64,000 bases of DNA from assembly GCA_002269645.1 (NCBI GenBank), contig NIVC01000553.1, positions 474,260 through 538,259 of the forward strand, read 5' to 3'. The notes below the pieces were generated by a model that did not search any database, was not told the origin of the DNA, and was given only the letters and a program-made list of their open reading frames with translations. This document shows, one piece after another, positions 1 to 12,500 of this stretch. Within the stretch, counting starts at the first letter, position 1. Each line of letters opens with the position of its first letter. The position numbers were made by a program, and so were the translations under genes. The stretch is from Macrostomum lignano. Lineage: Eukaryota.

Positions 1-227
1 AGGCGTATCCATGTTTTAAAGGACGTTTGCAACGCTTTCGCAACATTCGTCCCGTCACAATCGTCACTCATACACACGCTCACACAGAGTTTACACCGGC
101 CCTTTGATTTTCTAATAGTGGCTTTTCGAACTACTTGTACTTGCTCGTAGTTGATGTTTTCAGGGATGTTTTGTATCGCATGCGGGTGCGCTAGGAGGCT
201 ACGCGTTGACGCTTTTCCTCGGCATAC

Positions 228-1444
228 CTGCAGAATATTCTGAATAGGCCAGGAAGCAAAAGTCAGATCGGGATCCGTGACAATCAGCAGAGTGGCATTG
301 GACGATTGCCGCTTAGCATAGTCAAGGTAGACATTCCGCAGGGCCGACATGATCAGCGTTCGGTCCCGTTTCTCCCCTGCCGAGCGACGCATCGACCAGC
401 CGGGCCGGTGCGAGCGGCCGGAGCTGCCGTAGACGAGTTTCGGCTGGCAACGGGCTGCCGCATTGACGCGCCCGCAGCCGAGCACAGATACTCGGCGATC
501 TTGCCTGGCCCAGTTGACCAGACGCGCCCGAGTGTCGTCGTGACTGTCGCCTTCGACTAGAACAAATCGAGCGTCGGCAAATGCAGCTGAAAGGCGCAGC
601 AAGTTGTCGATGTTGACAAAGAGAGCGTCCGTGGACGCCGAATCGCGGACAGTCGCCGCGAACACCACCGATTGACGTCGAGCCCAGTTCGCACCGATTG
701 CAACGCGTCTTTGAAAACTTAGCTCTTCAGTTGAGAGCCGAAGCACGGGAAGTCGCCACTCATTGTCGAATTTGTGCATCGAAAGTCGACGGCGGTTTTG
801 TATAACCCGATTTAAACTTTCAGCTTCGTCTAAAGATGTTGAAATTGATGCTTGTGATCGCTCAAAGTTCTGCTCATGTTCGTTGTAAGCTGAGCCGCTT
901 GAGTCGAGCTGTTGCTTAGTGTTTCTGTGTTGATGTGTTTTTAATTATACGAGCATCTCGATAAACTACTAGATATGAGATAGATATGAAAACGAACGAA
1001 CGAACGAACGAACGAACGAACGAACGAACGTTGAAACGAACGAACGATTGATGAAACGAACGAACGCATGAATGATCAAATTAACGAAGTGGGTAATGAA
1101 ACTGGACTAGCTGTTTAAATGCTTACAGGTATAAATAATTGCATGAGCACACTAGTGTACGCACCTTATAAGAACAAAATTACTTACCTGGCCGCAGGTG
1201 GATCAGACCAAAAGCTCAGAGGAAGCAGCTCGGCACCTGTCTTTTCATTCACCAGTGGACGTCTTATAATCAGCAAAAGAAGAGTCACTGCCAGAATCAT
1301 CGCCAAAAGCTGCATCAGATAGCACAGCCGAAGAACTGAAGGCGAACTGTGCCGACCGATTCTCGTCACTAAAAATCCACTGAAGCTGCTCAGCTTGAGT
1401 CTCATCCTTGATGCAGCATTTAATCGTTCTTTCCTCCTTTTCAT
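228..1444 (-). CDS. Type II membrane GT-A-fold glycosyltransferase (GT2/CAP59-like), 3' end beyond window start
   Basis: Exons 1444-1188 (TM segment LLAMILAVTLLLLII; donor AG|GTAAGT) and 924-228 (acceptor acacag; phase 2 matches). Hand translation gives VVFAATVRD, RFVLVEGDSHDDTRARLVNW, LRNVYLDY and LLIVTDPDL (DxD). Donor CAG|GTATGC at 227. The frame stays open to position 1, which probably explains its absence from the ORF track. Confidence 0.7.
990..1070. repeat. (GAAC)n microsatellite in glycosyltransferase intron
   Basis: Direct tandem GAAC copies. Confidence 0.9.
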
Positions 1445-1889
1445 CCGTTCTTTTTCTTGTTTATTAAATAGACACATATTTTTTGCAAATAGCAAAATAT
1501 TTTCAGTAACCAATCGCTTTCGCCCACTGCTCACTGCAATCCATCTATCACAGCGTCGCTTACTAATGCCTTTTCAGCTATGAAAAATTCAAAAAAGGCC
1601 CTCGAGATTGGCAATTTTTAAGTGCCATTACGATAATGGAAATGGGCATCAATTAAAAAAAGTCATCGTCACAATAGAGGCGAGAACAGATTTTTTTGCT
1701 TTTGCCTCGAGATGCGAATGCTTTTAAAACGCATCATAAAATTTTTCGTCATAAAATTAGAGAAAAATATTTATTTGACTTTTTCAGTAAAAATGAAATA
1801 TTTCACGAATCAACACAATTGTCTTGTTTCTTCTGCTGTTTTGTCAGCGAAATAAATACTCCAGGAAAAAAACTATCAACTCTCGCAGA

Positions 1890-3764
1890 TTATTCGTTGA
1901 CGGTCTCCGAGGCACTCGGCGATGGTGAAGTTGACGATCCTTCGCCAGACGGCGAGCCGGCGCCGCCTTCGCCTTCTTCACCTCCGGCCGGCTCCTCGTC
2001 GATGACGCGTAGAACGGCGGCAGCGGCCTCGCGTTCCATAGGCGTTGACTTGCTGACGAAGATGCTCGAACCGTTGGTGAGGCCGCAGCCGACTGCGGTA
2101 ACGTCGCCAAGGAGCATCTGGTGCGGAATGCCAGTCGGCGAGGACAGCGTGCCCGCCGCCGGGTCGCCGAAGAAACCGTCGCGGCAGAACACAATGTCGG
2201 AGTCGGACTCAATGCCGAGACGACAAGAGAAGGCCCTCAGGGCGGCCTTGATTGGGGCACCCTTCTGCAGGCGGAATCGATAGCCCAGAGTCCACTTGCG
2301 CAGCTTCTCCTCGCTAAATAGGCTTTCGGATTTGGCCACCTGCCGATGGGAAAGAGGATTGGATTTTAAGGATGGGATTTGAAGGATGGGATTTGAAGGA
2401 TGGGATTTTAAGGATGGGATTTGAAGGATGGGATTTGAAGGATGGGATTTTAAGGATGGGATTTTAAGGATGGGATTTTAAGGATGGGATTTTAAGGATG
2501 GGATTTGAAGGATGGGATTTGAAGGATGGGATTTGAAGGATGGGATTTTAAGAATGGGATTTTAAGGATGGGATTTTAAGGATGGGATTTGAAGGATGGG
2601 ATTTGAAGGATGGGATTTGAAGGATGGGATTTTAAGGATGGGATTTTAAGGATGGGATTTTAAGGATGGGATTTTAAGGATGGGATTTGAAGGATGGGAT
2701 TTGAAGGATGGGATTTGAAGGATGGGATTTTAAGAATGGGATTTTAAGGATGGGATTTGAAGGATGGGATTTGAAGGATGGGATTTTAAGGATGGGATTT
2801 GAAGGATGGGATTTGAAGGATTGGATTTTAAGGATGGGATTTGAAGGATTGGATTTGAAGGATGGGATTTGAAGGATTGGATTTGAAGGATGGGATTTGA
2901 AGGATGGGATTTGAAGGATGGGATTTGAAGGATGGGATTTGAAGGATTGGATTTGAAGGATGGGATTTGAAGGATGGGATTTGAAGGATGGGATTTTAAG
3001 GATGGGATTTTAAGGATGGGATTTGAAGGATGGGATTTTAAGGATGGGATTTTAAGGATGGGATTTTAAGGATGGGATTTTAAGGATGGGATTTGAAGGA
3101 TGGGATTTGAAGGATTGGATTTGAAGGATGGGATTTGAAGGATGGGATTTTAATGATGGAATTTCAAGGATAAGATTTAAAGGGTGGGATTTGAAGGATG
3201 GGATTTGAAGGATGGGATTTGAAGGATGGGATTTTAAGGATGGGAATTTAAGGATGGGATTTTAAGGATGGGATTTTAAGGATGGGAATTTAAGAATGGG
3301 ATTTTGGAAACGGGATTTTAAGGATGTGATTTTCAAGATGGGATTTTAGGAATAGGATCTCAAGGATAGGATTTTAAGGATAGGATTTTAAGGATGGAAT
3401 ATAAGGTTATGATTTAGGAACGTTAGTTAAAGTTTCTTCTTGCCCTCACCTGCACCAGACTATTAAGAACGGCACGATAATCAGGTATCCGAATGCGGAA
3501 GTACATAAAATTAAACTTCGAAGCCGTCAGCTTGCTCTGCTCGGCCAGTTTGCCAGATATAGCGGAGTTATTGTCCTGGTCCATCCAGGAGAACACGTCA
3601 TCGAGGGGATTCAATCCCGAAGTCAGCGCTTTGTGCACCTGGGCGAGCTGCCGGTTCTCGCGGACGCGCTGCAGAGCTGGCGCAAATGGAACCGGAGCCA
3701 TCTGGGGCACAGGATTTAGCTCTCCTGGACAGGATACGGAAGCTGGAACGTGCAGCTGATGCAT
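1890..3764 (-). CDS. Hypothetical protein with C-terminal SUMO-like (Rad60-SLD-type) domain and acidic tail
   Basis: Exons 3764-3450 (donor CAG|GTGAGG) and 2339-1890 (acceptor cggcag), phase 0. YRFRLQKGAPIKAALRAFSCRLG..IVFCRDG..TAVGCGLTNGSSIFV resembles the SUMO fold pattern. True start uncertain. Confidence 0.55.
2357..3420. repeat. 14-bp minisatellite (AAGGATGGGATTT[T/G]) filling an intron
   Basis: Tandem copies between donor at 3449 and acceptor at 2340. Confidence 0.95.
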
Positions 3765-4022
3765 GCTTCTTCAAGGAATGCTACTGGATCAGCTGGTAGT
3801 GATGAAGTGTCCTCCTCGCTCGGGTTCTCTGGGGGGTTTGACCTTGGCTGAATTACTCAATTCTCTATCTACTGTTTGAGTACAAAACTATAAAATTTTA
3901 GTCTATGATAGAAGCCTAGTGTTACTCCCCTCTGCGACCGTATCGCTGCAATATTTCGTTGTCATATAAAGTACTCGTAGCTCATGTACTTTTGGCGAAA
4001 TAGCATTATGTTCAATTAGTAG

Positions 4023-5272
4023 CCAGGGAGAGACAGGCAGGGAGAGACAGGCAGGGAGAGACAGGCAGGGAGAGAGGCAGGGAGAGACAGGCAGGGAGAG
4101 AGGCAGGGAGAGACAGGCAGGGAGAGACAGGCAGGGAGAGACAGGTAGGGAGAGACAGGTAGGGAGAGACAGGTAGGGAGAGACAGGCAGGGAGAGACAG
4201 GCAGGGAGAGACAGGCAGGGAGAGACAGGTAGGGAGAGACAGGCAGGAAGAGACAGGCAGGGAGAGAGGCAGGGAGAGACAGGCAGGGAGAGACAGGCAG
4301 GGAGAGACAGGCAGGGAGAGACAGGTAGGGAGAGACAGGTAGGGAGAGACAGGCAGGAAGAGACAGGCAGGGAGAGAGGCAGGGAGAGACAGGCAGGGAG
4401 AGACAGGTAGGGAGAGACAGGCAGGAAGAGACAGGCAGGGAGAGAGGCAGGGAGAGACAGGCAGGGAGAGACAGGTAGGGAGAGACAGGCAGGGAGAGAG
4501 GCAGGGAGAGACAGGCAGGGAGAGACAGGCAGGGAGAGACAGGCAGGGAGAGACAGGTAGGGAGAGACAGGTAGGGAGAGACAGGCAGGAAGAGACAGGC
4601 AGGGAGAGAGGCAGGGAGAGACAGGCAGGGAGAGACAGGCAGGGAGAGACAGGCAGGGAGAGACAGGTAGGGAGAGACAGGTAGGGAGAGACAGGCAGGA
4701 AGAGACAGGCAGGGAGAGAGGCAGGGAGAGACAGGCAGGGAGAGACAGGCAGGGAGAGACAGGTAGGGAGAGACAGGTAGGGAGAGACAGGCAGGGAGAG
4801 ACAGGCAGGGAGAGACAGGCAGGGAGAGACAGGCAGGGAGAGACAGGTAGGGAGAGACAGGTAGGGAGAGACAGGTAGGGAGAGACAGGCAGGAAGAGAC
4901 AGGCAGGGAGAGAGGCAGGGAGAGACAGGCAGGGAGAGACAGGCAGGGAGAGACAGGTAGGGAGAGACAGGTAGGGAGAGACAGGCAGGGAGAGACAGGC
5001 AGGGAGAGACAGGCAGGGAGAGACAGGCAGGGAGAGACAGGTAGGGAGAGACAGGTAGGGAGAGACAGGCAGGGAGAGACAGGCAGGGAGAGACAGGCAG
5101 GGAGAGACAGGCAGGGAGAGACAGGTAGGGAGAGACAGGTAGGGAGAGACAGGTAGGGAGAGACAGGCAGGGAGAGACAGGTAGGGAGAGACAGGTAGGG
5201 AGAGACAGGTAGGGAGAGACAGGCAGGGAGAGACAGGTAGGGAGAGACAGGTAGGGAGAGACAGGCAGGGAG
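4023..5272. repeat. 14-bp minisatellite (GCAGGGAGAGACAG)
   Basis: Tandem copies; source of the repetitive CLSLP ORFs. Confidence 0.95.
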
Positions 5273-5577
5273 AATCAATATTCAAGTCGTATTACAATAC
5301 TTGTAGCAGCATTTCACACTAAAATAGGTAATAATTCAAAAAGAATCCAAGTACTTAAGCCGCGTGTATTTATGATAAGCCAGCAAGCTATCTGAGCGAG
5401 GAAAAGCTTCTTGCACCAAGCAAATAAGATAATGGCTTGAGGAAAATAAGAAACAAGTTAAATCCTCTGGGTTTGATTCACAAAAATGGACGGTTACTAA
5501 ATAATAGATTATTTTACAGCACCGACGTAGTTTGATTATGAAAGGCAGTATAAGAAGCCACGGGGTATGGGAAGGTT

Positions 5578-6422
5578 GAGAATTGTGAAGTTTTGAAAAT
5601 TGTGAAGATTGGGAAATTGTGAAGATTGGGGATTGTGAAGATTGGGGATTGTGAAGATTGGGGAATGGTGAAGATTGGGGATCGCGAAGTTTGGGAAATT
5701 GTGAAGATTGGGGATTGTGAAGGTTGGGGATTGTGAAGGTTGGGGATTGTGAAGATTGGGGATCGCGAAGTTTGGGAAATTGTGAAGTTTGGGAAATTGT
5801 GAAGTTTGGGAAATTGTGTAGATTGGGGATGGTGAAGATTGGGGATCGCGAAGTTTGGGAAATTGTGAAGTTTGGGAAATTGTGAAGTTTGGGAAATTGT
5901 GAAGATTGGGGATTGTGAAGATTGGGGATGGTGAAGATTGGGGATCGCGAAGTTTGGGAAATTGTGAAGTTTGGGAAATTGTGAAGTTTGGGAAATTGTG
6001 AAGATTGGGGATTGTGAAGATTGGGGATTGTGAAGATTGGGGATCGCGAAGTTTGGGAAATTGTGAAGTTTGGGAAATTGTGAAGTTTGGGAAATTGTGA
6101 AGATTGGGGATGGTGAAGATTGGGGATTGCAAAGTTTGGGAAATTGTGAAGTTTGGGAAATTGTAAAGACTGGGAAATTGTGAAGATTGGGAAATTGTGA
6201 AGGTTTGGGAAATTGTGAAGATTGGGGAATTGTGAAGTTTGGGAAATTGTGAAGATTGGGGATTGTGAAGATTGGGGATTGTGAAGATTGGGGATTGTGA
6301 GGATTGGGAATTGTGAAGATTGGGGATTGTGATGATTGGGGATTGTGATGATTGGGGATTGTGAAGATTGGGGATTGTGATGATTGGGGATTGTGATGAT
6401 TGGGGATTGTGATGATTGGGAA
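5578..6422. repeat. 16/17-bp minisatellite (TTGTGAAGATTGGGGA / TTGTGAAGTTTGGGAAA)
   Basis: Tandem copies of two variant units. Confidence 0.95.
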
Positions 6423-6576
6423 TTTTTAAGTCTGGTGTTTGGTGTTTAAGTCCGTTGAATTTGGCAAAGGTGAAATTTCGCTTGGAGAATGTGAAAATCT
6501 TACCAAAACCACCACAAAAGTCAGGATAAGGAACTGCAGTCAGCCCTAGAAAATCTCGGTTGAAGTTTATTAAACT

Positions 6577-9500
6577 TTAAAGTTCGCCAATTAGCGAATG
6601 AAAATCAACGTCGCGACGATTTCCTCGATCAATATCGTCATCATCATCCAAGTCTGGATGGTCGCTGTCAGACTCGTCGTCGCTTGCTTCAACTTCGTCC
6701 TCACTCGGCAGAGACCGTCTTGGGCGAGTAGATTCTGGAATATATTCATATTCGGTGAATTAAGTGTGATTTTCGCCTAATATTAATATAATAATAATTG
6801 ATTACACCTGCCCTAATGGCCAGATGTGCAACTGACAGCTCAGCCGCAGCTATTGCGCGGCGCATCTGAAGGCTGCGTACGGCTGTTCAGTCCAAGGACT
6901 GGGGGGTCGCCACACACACCGTCAATTACCCCAGCTAATAGGTAAATTTTACAGCTGGGTGAACTGAAGCAATGCAGAGTTGCTAGACACCTAGACATCT
7001 AGACACTTATGCTCCTAGACCCCTAGACCCCTAGACCCCTAGCCCCCTAGACCCCTAGACACCTAGACCCCTAGACACCTAGACCCCTAGACACCTAGAC
7101 ACATAGACCCCTAGACACCTATACTTCTAGACACCTATACCCCTAGACCCCATAGACACCTAAACCCCTAGACATCTAGACACCTATATCCTTAGACACC
7201 TATACCCCTAGACACCTAGACGGACGTCTAGAACCCTGGTGACTTCTACCGTAAGATGCGCTCTTCTTCGCACCTGACAGCGTGTCGTCCTCATCGCTGT
7301 CCTCCAGCTCATGGCTTAGGCGTCTTTTCGAAACTTTGCCCGGCTTTGCATAATTTGCTTTTGTATTCGGATTGGATGGCTTTTTCCCTTGCTCAGCTAT
7401 CAGGCTGGCCAGAGCTTGTCTCTGTTCGTCTATCTGACGGACCAAGACTGGCGGATTCTGGGTCAGATCGGCGTTGACCATAGCTGCCTTGGCCGCTGTG
7501 AGCCACTTCTGTGGGAGTTTGGATCGATTTTTAAGTGCTTAATATTCCACGAAAGTGCTTTTTATTCTAAGAAATGGCTTACGGTTCTAAGAAATGGCTT
7601 ACGGTTCTAAGAAATGGCTTACGGTTCTAAGAAATGGCTTACTATTATAAGAAATTGCTTACTATTCTAAGAAATGGCTTACGGTTCTAAGAAATGGCTT
7701 ACGGTTCTAAGAAATGGCTTACTATTCTAAGAAATGGCTTACTATTCTAAGAAATGGCTTACTATTCTAAGAAATGGCTTACTATTCTAAGAAATGGCTT
7801 ACTATTCTAAGAAATGGCTAAACTATTCTAAGAAAGGGCCAATCTTAGAAATTCTAAGAAATAAGCACAAATCAAATCGGCGCCCACCTTCACACTCCTA
7901 GTCTCGGCTATCAATTTTGAATCTTTTTCAGTTGCAGAAATGTTTGACTCCGCCAATTTTAAAACTGACTCAAGGCTAGCCAGAGCAGCTGGGCGCTTCA
8001 TCAACTCGATTGCCCTGGCCGAGACGGGGGCAAAAGTTTGTTTTAATCGTTTCAACTCGGTATTCAGCATCGTTAAATTTGACGAGGATCCCGCAGCTAA
8101 AGCCTGTTCCGCCTTAGCCAAAGCAGCCAAAAGTTCTTGGCGTTCTTTTTTACTCGAGCATCTGGAGTATATCGGTTGAACTGTGCTCGAGTTTTTCATT
8201 TGGTTGCCATGGTTACCGCTGCTATCATCGCCGAACAGCCTGGCTCGATATTCGATCACCGCCGCTTCCAAATCGTTGCGAATTTTCGATGCTGCTCGGG
8301 TCTCGAGCTCGCGACGACGGAACTCGAGAATGCTGGAGATTTTTGAGGGCTCGTTTGAGATCGTCTTTCTGTCCTTAGTTTGGCAGCTTAACGCTAATCC
8401 TTCATCTGGACACCGCTACCCTCTCTCTGATCCTTCATCTGGACACCGCTACCCTCTCTCTCTGATCCTCCATCGGGACACCGCTACCCTCTCTCTGATC
8501 CTTCATCTGGACACCGCTACCCTCTCTCTGATCCTTCATCTGGACACCGCTACCCTCTCTCTGATCCTTCATCTGGACACCGCTACCCTCTCTCTGATCC
8601 TTCATCTGGACACCGCTACCCTCTCTCTGATCCTTCATCTGGACACCGCTACCCTCTCTCTGATCCTTCATCTGGACACCGCTACCCTCTCTCTGATCCT
8701 TCATCTGGACACCGCTACCCTCTCTCTGATCCTTCATCTGGACACCGCTACCCTCTCTCTGATCCTTCATCTGGACACCGCTACCCTCTCTCTGATCCTT
8801 CATCTGGACACCGCTACCCTCTCTCTGATTCTTCATCTGGACACCGCTACCCTCTCTCTGATCCTTCATCCTTCATCCTTCATCTGAAAGAAATACGAAT
8901 TCAACTTACACATCTCTGCTATGCTTTCGCTGTTCCACCGATGGCACGGCATAGCCATATTTTACCGGTTGAAATCTAATTGGCTGATTAGCGATCTTAT
9001 CAGCAATCAATTCGAGCTTATCTAACCATAAAATTCCGCTGCTATCGTGTCTAAAAAGTGCTCCAATGCTAATTCGCTTACTATTAGTAGAAATATTGGA
9101 AAAATTTGCTCTAAATTTATTTCGAATTTGATCAAACTCCATAGTGCAATATTTAACCAGAAGAGTAACACCAAGACACCTGAAACAAATAAGGATTTAC
9201 GCATTTTTAGCTATTATGTACTACAAATTGTTATGAGATAATTAGTTGCCATGCAGAAGCATTTACTTACCTTCGCTGAAATTCGTTCAAATTCGATGTA
9301 TTATGGTATTCAAGTGCAATGCAAAACTCATCAGGTAAAGATGCAGCATTAGTCTCGAAGTTGATTGATTTCTTGTTTGGAATTGGATCGCCCATTTTGA
9401 ATACCGACTGACGATTGACATAAGAGCCTGTGATGTTGGCGCTCTGGTGTAATGGGGGTGAGTACCTCTTTAAGAGATTTAGCTTTCTAGCATAAATAGT

Positions 9501-12500
9501 AATATCTTTTACAGTTTCCACTAGGATCTCGACTCCATTGTCCTTTCCTCTCCTCTCCTCTCCTCTTTACTCTCTTCTCTCCCATTATCTACTCTCTACT
9601 CCACTCTCTCTTTTTATCTACTCTCCACTCTACTCTCTTCTTTATCTACTCTTTACTCTACCATATCTTTTTATCTGCTATCTACTCTACTCTACTCTAC
9701 CTTCTTCTCATATCTCTCCACTCTTCTCTCTTCTCATATCTACTCTCTACTCTACCATTTATTCTTATCTGCCCTCTACTTTATAACCTCTCCACTAACC
9801 TACCACTCTACTCTACCTTCACTATTCTACACTTTATTCTTATCTACTCTCTTCTTTACTTTCACTTCTCACCCCACTTGCCTATTTCAACAAGCAAGGA
9901 ACCGTGAGGCAAGTCAATCCGAACTCACGGCAGCCATGGAGAACAAATTGACATCAACCAATAGCATCTGCGCTGTTCCAGATTTTCTGTTAGAAAATCC
10001 GCCGTCACGTGAATGGCGCTTTCTAGCTCGATTAGTTTCCATGGCAACCAGATGCTGAACGGCTCCCAAAGCGGCAGCTTCATCAGTGTTGATCGAATGA
10101 CCCAGTCTGGAGCTGCATGTAAAAAAATTGATGACTACACAAATTGAACTACTATGCTAAATAAATTAGACTAAACTAAACTAAATTAGACTAAACTAAA
10201 CTAAACTAAACTAAACCAAACTAAACTAAACAACACTAAACTAAACTAAACTAAACTGGACCAGACTAAAATGGACTAACTAAACTCAACTAAATACTCG
10301 TAAGACAAAACTGATCTAAACTACTGTAAACCGAACTACACTAAACTAACCTAATTGAACTCAAATTAAACAAAACTCATATTAACCTCTCTGTGCCGGG
10401 GGGGGGGGGGCTTGGCGCTCATGGGTGTTATTCGCATAACAACCCCTTCCCAACCCTGCAATTTTACCTTCCCAAGAATTTTATCAGCTGCTCTTGCACC
10501 AGCGGACACCGGGATCCGCCGCCCATCAATAGCGTATCGCTGCTGCTACTACGGGTGACGTCACCAGCCAATGACGTCATCATTTCAACTGGTCGCCTCA
10601 GTCTGTTCAACAAGTCCGCAACCTTCGTTCTCAGCTGGTCTCGCGTCATCGAACCAGCTCGCCGATTGGCGCTGAGCACCCGAAATAATTGGCCGGCTTC
10701 TACTCGGGCCTTAGCAACCGAACTAGCGTCCATAGTAACCGGTGATTTTCCGGCGTTAATTAATCGTTCAATAAAATCAAAAGTGCCCAGCGCCGGGTCG
10801 TAACCAGTGCCGAGAATTCGCAGCAGGTAGGTTTGAAAATTGTTGGAACCGGTCACTTTTTGATAAGCTAAAAATATATTAGGGGGGTCAATATCTTTTT
10901 TGGATGTACGTTATTGGATGTAGATGGTAGATTTTGAAGGCCTGTTATTGTATGTAGATGGTAGATTTTGAAGGCCTGTTATTGTATGTAGATGGTAGAT
11001 TTTGAAGGCCTGTTATTGTATGTAGATGGTAGATTTTGAAGGCTTGTTATTGTATGTAGATGGTAGATTTTGAAGGCCTGTTATTGTATGTAGATGGTAG
11101 ATTTTGAAGGCTTGTTATTGTATGTAGATGGTAGATTTTGAAGGCCTGTTATTGTATGTAGATGGTAGATTTTGAAGGCCTGTTATTGTATGTAGATGGT
11201 AGATTTTGAAGGCCTGTTATTGTATGTAGATGGTAGATTTTGAAGGCCTGTTATTGTATGTAGATGATAGATTTTGAAGGCCTGTTATTGCATCTAGATG
11301 ATAGATTTTGAAGGCCTGTTATTGTATCTAGATGATAGATTTTGAAGGCCTGTTATTGTATGTAGATGATAGATTTTGAAGGCCTGTTACTGTATCTAGA
11401 TGGTAGATTTTGAAGGCCTGTTATTGTATCTAGATGACAGATTTTGAAGGCCTGTTCTTGTATCTAGATGACAGATTTTGAAGGCCTGTTATTGTATCTA
11501 GATGACAGATTTTGAAGGCCTGTTCTTGTATCTAGATGACAGATTGCCTACTTGCTCTCAGGGCACTTACATGCAGCAGTGCTGACAGTAAAAGATGCGC
11601 CTAGATCGAAGAATGTACGCGACTGAGGCTTGGAACCCAGACTTGACAAGATGCTGTTGCCATAGTTCAGAGCAACTGAAACCGAATAAGCGAGGAATCC
11701 ATTTTGGTTGAAAGTTATCACTTCACCGGATCAAGCTACTTATAGTACCTAAACCAATTTCCTTAAAACTGACAAGCATAAGGACACAATTAACATCGAA
11801 CTGACACTTGAAATGATGCACCTGACAACCAACTGACACTCAAAGCTACGGCTCTGACAACCAACTGACACTCAAAGCTACGCCTCTGACAACCCACTGA
11901 CACCCAGAGCTACGCCTCTGACAACCAACTGACACCCAAAGCTACGTCTCTGACAACCAACTGACACCCAAAGCTACGCCTCTGACAACCAACTGACACC
12001 CAAAGCTACGCCTCTGACAACCAACTGACACCCAAAGCTACGCCTCTGACAACCTACTGACACCCAGAGCTACGCCTCTGACAACCAACTGACACTCAGA
12101 GCTACGCCTCTGACAACCAACTGACACCCAAAGCTACGTCTCTGACAATCAACTGACACCCAAAGCTACGCCTCTGACAACCAACTGACACCCAAAACTA
12201 CGCCTCTGACAACCAACTGACACCCAAAGCTACGCCTCTGACAACCTACTGACACCCAGAGCTACGCCTCTGACAACCAACTGACACTCAGAGCTACGCC
12301 TCTGACAACCAACTGACACCCAAAGCTACGTCTCTGACAATCAACTGACACCCAAAGCTACGCCTCTGACAACCAACTGACACCCAAAACTACGCCTCTG
12401 ACAGCCTCAGTTTGGCCACAACTGACCCGCAGCGTTGTTGTTGACCAGCCGAGCAGCTGGAATCCCTGCATACTGTGCAGCGCGCAGAATGGCGCCACGT

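Noticed and set aside
3903-5285. 460-aa and 420-aa ORFs (CLSLP repeats), plus similar long periodic ORFs at 5536, 8183, 17628-18796, 20807-21685, 22120, 32780, 43657, 48453, 51325, 54973 and 61502-63025
   Set aside because: They are translations of stop-free minisatellite frames, mostly lie inside introns bounded by good splice sites, and have no domain content
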